From: a virus
Virus record (IMG/VR): IMGVR_UViG_3300033145_000777
Coordinates: 1 to 64,000 of that record
Strand: one strand, 5' to 3'
DNA: 64,000 bases
In this document: positions 60,602 to 64,000 of the stretch, piece by piece
Layout of the letters: every line of letters starts with the position of its first letter
Numbering within the stretch: the first letter of the stretch is position 1
Notes under the pieces: model-generated
The model's input: the letters and a program-made list of their open reading frames with translations, nothing else
Database searches by the model: none
Told to the model about the DNA's origin: nothing
Translations under genes and position numbers: made by a program

Positions 60602-61477
60602 ATGAGTGCCGATAACGAGTTCAGTATCATGGAGAAGCGTGATGAGGAACAGATTCTTGCAGAATTAGCAGGACAGGTTATCGAGGAATACTTCTACATC
60701 TCGCCTAAAGGAAAGCTAGTTATCAGTTACACCGGGGTCAAAGAGATCAGCCGGGAGTATGGTAACAATGACGCTGACTTTGTGGAAATGAAAGAAACAG
60801 ATACGGCTTGGATCATTGTCTGCAAAGCCACGGATACTGAGAGAAACATAACCAGAGGAGGGATAAGCACTCAGAACAAACTGGAGAAGGTCTACAAGTA
60901 CACAGGTTCAGGAGATAGCCGAAAAAGAGAGAAGGATGATCAAGGGAACGACATCTACACGCTTCAACCAGATGAGTTCTGTATCCAGAAGGCTTTCAGC
61001 AAGTCCCAGAGGAACGCCTTGAATGCAATACTGCCTGTGACCATTATCACTAAGGCAGCCGAGGCATGGAGGGAACAACATAAAGGAGGAGGCGGAGGAG
61101 GCACCAACAATACACAGAAAAAAGGACCTCAAACACGTAGAAAAGCAGACTCTGAATTTAACATCACAGACTTCATGGAGCCAGCAGAGCTCAGAACACC
61201 TGAGATTATACTCCTTGATGAACTCAAAAAAGGTGAGGGTAATTGGGATCAAGTGGAGAAATTGACGAGGGATTGGATGATGATGGCGAACCTGAACCCA
61301 GAGAACTTCAAATTTGAGGTTGATAACATGAAGTTCACGGTAGCTCCCAAGATGTTGGTTTCAACAGAGATGAAGCCCATACTGGAAGGGATTATGGCTT
61401 TCGGTGGATTCGTACCCACTAAGATCAAGAAGGTGAATGGTTGGAGGATGAACAAATCGGCGGTGACAGGGAAATGA
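60602..61477 (+). CDS. putative ssDNA-annealing protein (Rad52/Sak-like)
   Basis: ISYTGV, VCKATD, KAFSKSQRNAL, then a Gly-rich linker; family assignment is tentative. Confidence 0.45.
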   Translation: MSADNEFSIMEKRDEEQILAELAGQVIEEYFYISPKGKLVISYTGVKEISREYGNNDADFVEMKETDTAWIIVCKATDTERNITRGGISTQNKLEKVYKYTGSGDSRKREKDDQGNDIYTLQPDEFCIQKAFSKSQRNALNAILPVTIITKAAEAWREQHKGGGGGGTNNTQKKGPQTRRKADSEFNITDFMEPAELRTPEIILLDELKKGEGNWDQVEKLTRDWMMMANLNPENFKFEVDNMKFTVAPKMLVSTEMKPILEGIMAFGGFVPTKIKKVNGWRMNKSAVTGK

Positions 61478-62508
61478 TCGAGCCAGAAACTCCAATGGAG
61501 CAATGTCCTAAATGCGAGCAAAAAGCACTAAGGACAGATGAAGCTCCTGACCTTGAACTTGAGCTAGAGTACGGGGAACCCTACACAAAATACACTCAGA
61601 CTTGCAGCTTCTGTAACTATGAGAGCCAGCACTCGGAGGTGACAGGGGAATGATGCTCTGGGAAATCTGTCAACTCTGCGGAAAGCAGAGAAAAATAGAA
61701 ACCAACGACCCACCCAAGCGTACCCTTTCGGGACATATCTGGAAAACTTACAAGTTGGGTGAGTTCGATATTGAACATCCCTACGAGGGTTATGAGATCA
61801 ATATCTGCGGGAACTGTCTAGACGACCTGCCGTTTGAGGTTGATAGTTACCTAGTCAGCAACACAGAGAAAGCACACGACATTCACTATCATTGGGACGA
61901 GCTTAAGGAAAGAATCCTCAAATCCCTCAATACAAAAGGAACTGGCGTTGATGGATGCTTTAACACTGTCAAGCTAGAGCTTGATTGCCGCCCAGAAGCG
62001 AAGAAGGTTTTGTTCACATTCATTAACCATGATGGGAAAGTTATTCACGGCATTGCCGATGAGTTAGTAATGACAAAAGAGAGTCCTCGATCATGATTAA
62101 GTCTCCTGCTGGGGAAAACGTCTTAGCACTCCCACATGGGAAGATAGAAAAACACATGCGCCTCAGAATCAAGTATATGAACCCTAGTGCGTTAAAAAGA
62201 AACAAAAACGTAATTGACCAGGCCAGATCATTCCCTGAACGACACCGTAGTATGGGGTTCGCTACTTTACCTGATGACCTTATGGACATCGCTTATAATC
62301 TCATCAAAGAACGATTGGAGGAATTGTGATGATAACTCATGATAAGCAGTTAGAAGCAATAAAAGCTGCTGCACAAGACTTGGTGAATAAACATGAGAGT
62401 GCCTGGTGTAACTCTATAGAGTGCTCAGAGTGTCCGTTTAACGTAATAGACCACACCGATGACATACAGTGCGGGATTCTGATAATTCAGAATAATCTTG
62501 GTTCCTGA
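61475..62508 (+). other. run of small hypothetical ORFs with CxxC motifs
   Basis: Coupled ORFs ending at 61653, 62096, 62329 and 62508. Confidence 0.5.
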
Positions 62509-62554
62509 GCGCAAAGCATAAATTCAGACTCTGCCCTTTTTTACTTGAGCAAAC

Positions 62555-62878
62555 ATGTCTATCTACATTCTGATAGCTTATACAAGCGTATTCCTGAGCT
62601 ATTGCCTCCACATGGCGGTTATTATGCTCGGAAGAATAGTTGAACTGAATGTGCTCGCGCTCCTGATCGCTATGATTGGCGTCATGGCGGCTGCGCTGGC
62701 ACTAATTACCATCAGCAACCCGCCAGCTCCCCCTTACAGCGTTTCCCTTCAATTCCGTCAGGTTAGGATCAAGCTTGGGATCACTGGAAACATTACAGCA
62801 ATCGACAACAACTATCATGTTGGAAACGGTACAACTGTTGAAGTCGGGTATCTACTGCCCCTTGAATTACATGTCTAG
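62555..62878 (+). CDS. membrane protein
   Basis: Two N-terminal hydrophobic helices. Confidence 0.5.
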   Translation: MSIYILIAYTSVFLSYCLHMAVIMLGRIVELNVLALLIAMIGVMAAALALITISNPPAPPYSVSLQFRQVRIKLGITGNITAIDNNYHVGNGTTVEVGYLLPLELHV

Positions 62879-62995
62879 TGAATTTAGACATCATAAAGGA
62901 TGCAGAAAGATTACAAGTAAACAAGTAAACAACTTGAACGGAGCAGAAGAAAACGAGGGAGTGATCGGGCTCCCACCCTTTTTTATTAAAATAAC

Positions 62996-63049
62996 TTTAG
63001 CCCATAAACTTTATATAAGGTTCTAGCATAGTAAGTTTGACCTAAAATG
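62996..63049 (+). promoter_or_regulatory. promoter cassette copy 12
   Basis: tttagcccataaactttatataag...tttgacctaaaATG; preceded by a hairpin and T tract. Confidence 0.85.
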
Positions 63050-63211
63050 GTAAACCAAACCATTCAGACAGTAGCTGGGGAAGCTACCTTCGTTAAAACC
63101 CTAACCGACAGTGAGCTCTGGGCTGGAGACTACAGCACCAGAAACGGGTATTGGGTAATCCACCGAGGAGCAGAACACCACGTATACAAGGTATACCCGG
63201 AGGCAGCCTAG

Positions 63212-63532
63212 ATGGTCAACCCAGACGGTTCACCCCAATACACAGGAGAGAACCCTGAAAAGATGAAGAACTACGTTGTAAAAATCATGTTGGATGTACA
63301 CAGCGTAATGAAGCCAGTTCAGAAAAGGGTAGGGGCAGTGAGGTTCATACATGGAGCAGCTGATCTACTAAGCACACTTCAGCAGGAAGGCTACTCGGAA
63401 GAAACAATCAAGAACATGGAGATTTTCGAAATCACCAAGGTCAAACTAGCATGGGAATCCATCGAGGCACATTTTGAGCAACCAGCACCAAAGAACTATG
63501 AGCCAATCTTAGGTTACATGGAGAAAGCCTAG
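63212..63532 (+). CDS. hypothetical protein
   Basis: GGAGG SD. Confidence 0.5.
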   Translation: MVNPDGSPQYTGENPEKMKNYVVKIMLDVHSVMKPVQKRVGAVRFIHGAADLLSTLQQEGYSEETIKNMEIFEITKVKLAWESIEAHFEQPAPKNYEPILGYMEKA

Positions 63533-63708
63533 ATGAAATTAGATGTAGATACCTTCATCGGGATAGATGGAAAACCCTACATCCACATCTACAAGAAAGG
63601 CGTTCACGCCTTCACAAGTATCCGAGTTACACTACATGATGACGGTGACATCTCCGCTTCACATAGCTCAAAGAAAACGTGGAGAGAATGGGCAAAGGAT
63701 GACCCCTG

Positions 63709-64000
63709 ATGCCAAACAAGATGACGGCAACACAGCTTACAGCATTTTACCAGGAGGTTTTACCTGATCTCAACAAAAACCAGAAAGCTGTCTACGAGGT
63801 GTTCACAGAGAACCTCAGCATGACTTTCACAAACAGAGAGCTTGCTGATGAACTATGCTGGGAAATCAACTCTATAACGGGTCGAACAAACGAGTTATGT
63901 GGAAAAAGTAATCATTATCCAATGAGCGTCCCGGTACTCGTAATCGTGGGGAAAAGAAAATCAATCAGGCATAAGCTAAGGGAGTATTCATTGTCTTCAG
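63709..64000 (+). CDS. winged-helix protein, 3' truncated by the window
   Basis: QKAVYEVF...TNRELADELCWEINSITGRTNEL. Confidence 0.6.
   Translation, partial: MPNKMTATQLTAFYQEVLPDLNKNQKAVYEVFTENLSMTFTNRELADELCWEINSITGRTNELCGKSNHYPMSVPVLVIVGKRKSIRHKLREYSLSS

Noticed and set aside
523-62289. Minus-strand ORFs in the supplied track
   Set aside because: Almost all are shadows of well-supported + strand genes and none has a recognisable motif
14521-63049. CRISPR array interpretation of the 54-bp repeats
   Set aside because: Copies are dispersed at irregular distances of hundreds to thousands of bases, end in start codons, and no cas genes are present

Overview
This window looks like a 64-kb segment of a tailed archaeal virus or provirus (Caudoviricetes, siphovirus-like). 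Essentially all credible genes lie on the + strand. Promoters are of the BRE/TATA type, Shine-Dalgarno motifs are GGAGG/GGTGA, and a PCNA sliding clamp and an XPB/Rad25-like helicase are encoded. Left to right: (1) a ~13-kb glycosyltransferase and sugar-nucleotide island; (2) small ORFs, a radical SAM gene and an intein-containing helicase; (3) the neck-tail module (adaptor, head closure, terminator, tail tube, -1 frameshift chaperone, tape measure, LamG protein, hub, intein-containing tail protein, fibre); (4) two Asp/Asn period-4 proteins followed by two radical SAM/SPASM enzymes; (5) a ~23-kb early/accessory region. Twelve copies of a dispersed 54-bp promoter cassette occur in the window, ten of them in region 5, which also holds PCNA, tRNA-Ser(TGA) and a ~600-nt hairpin-rich non-coding stretch. 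Most striking: an intact HNH endonuclease gene nested in the +1 frame inside the helicase intein with both frames open; a tail-linked radical SAM system whose putative substrates carry C-xxx-[D/N]-xxx-[D/N] repeats; and a candidate large structured ncRNA. All calls come from reading motifs by eye. No database search or folding program was run, so novelty is not established.
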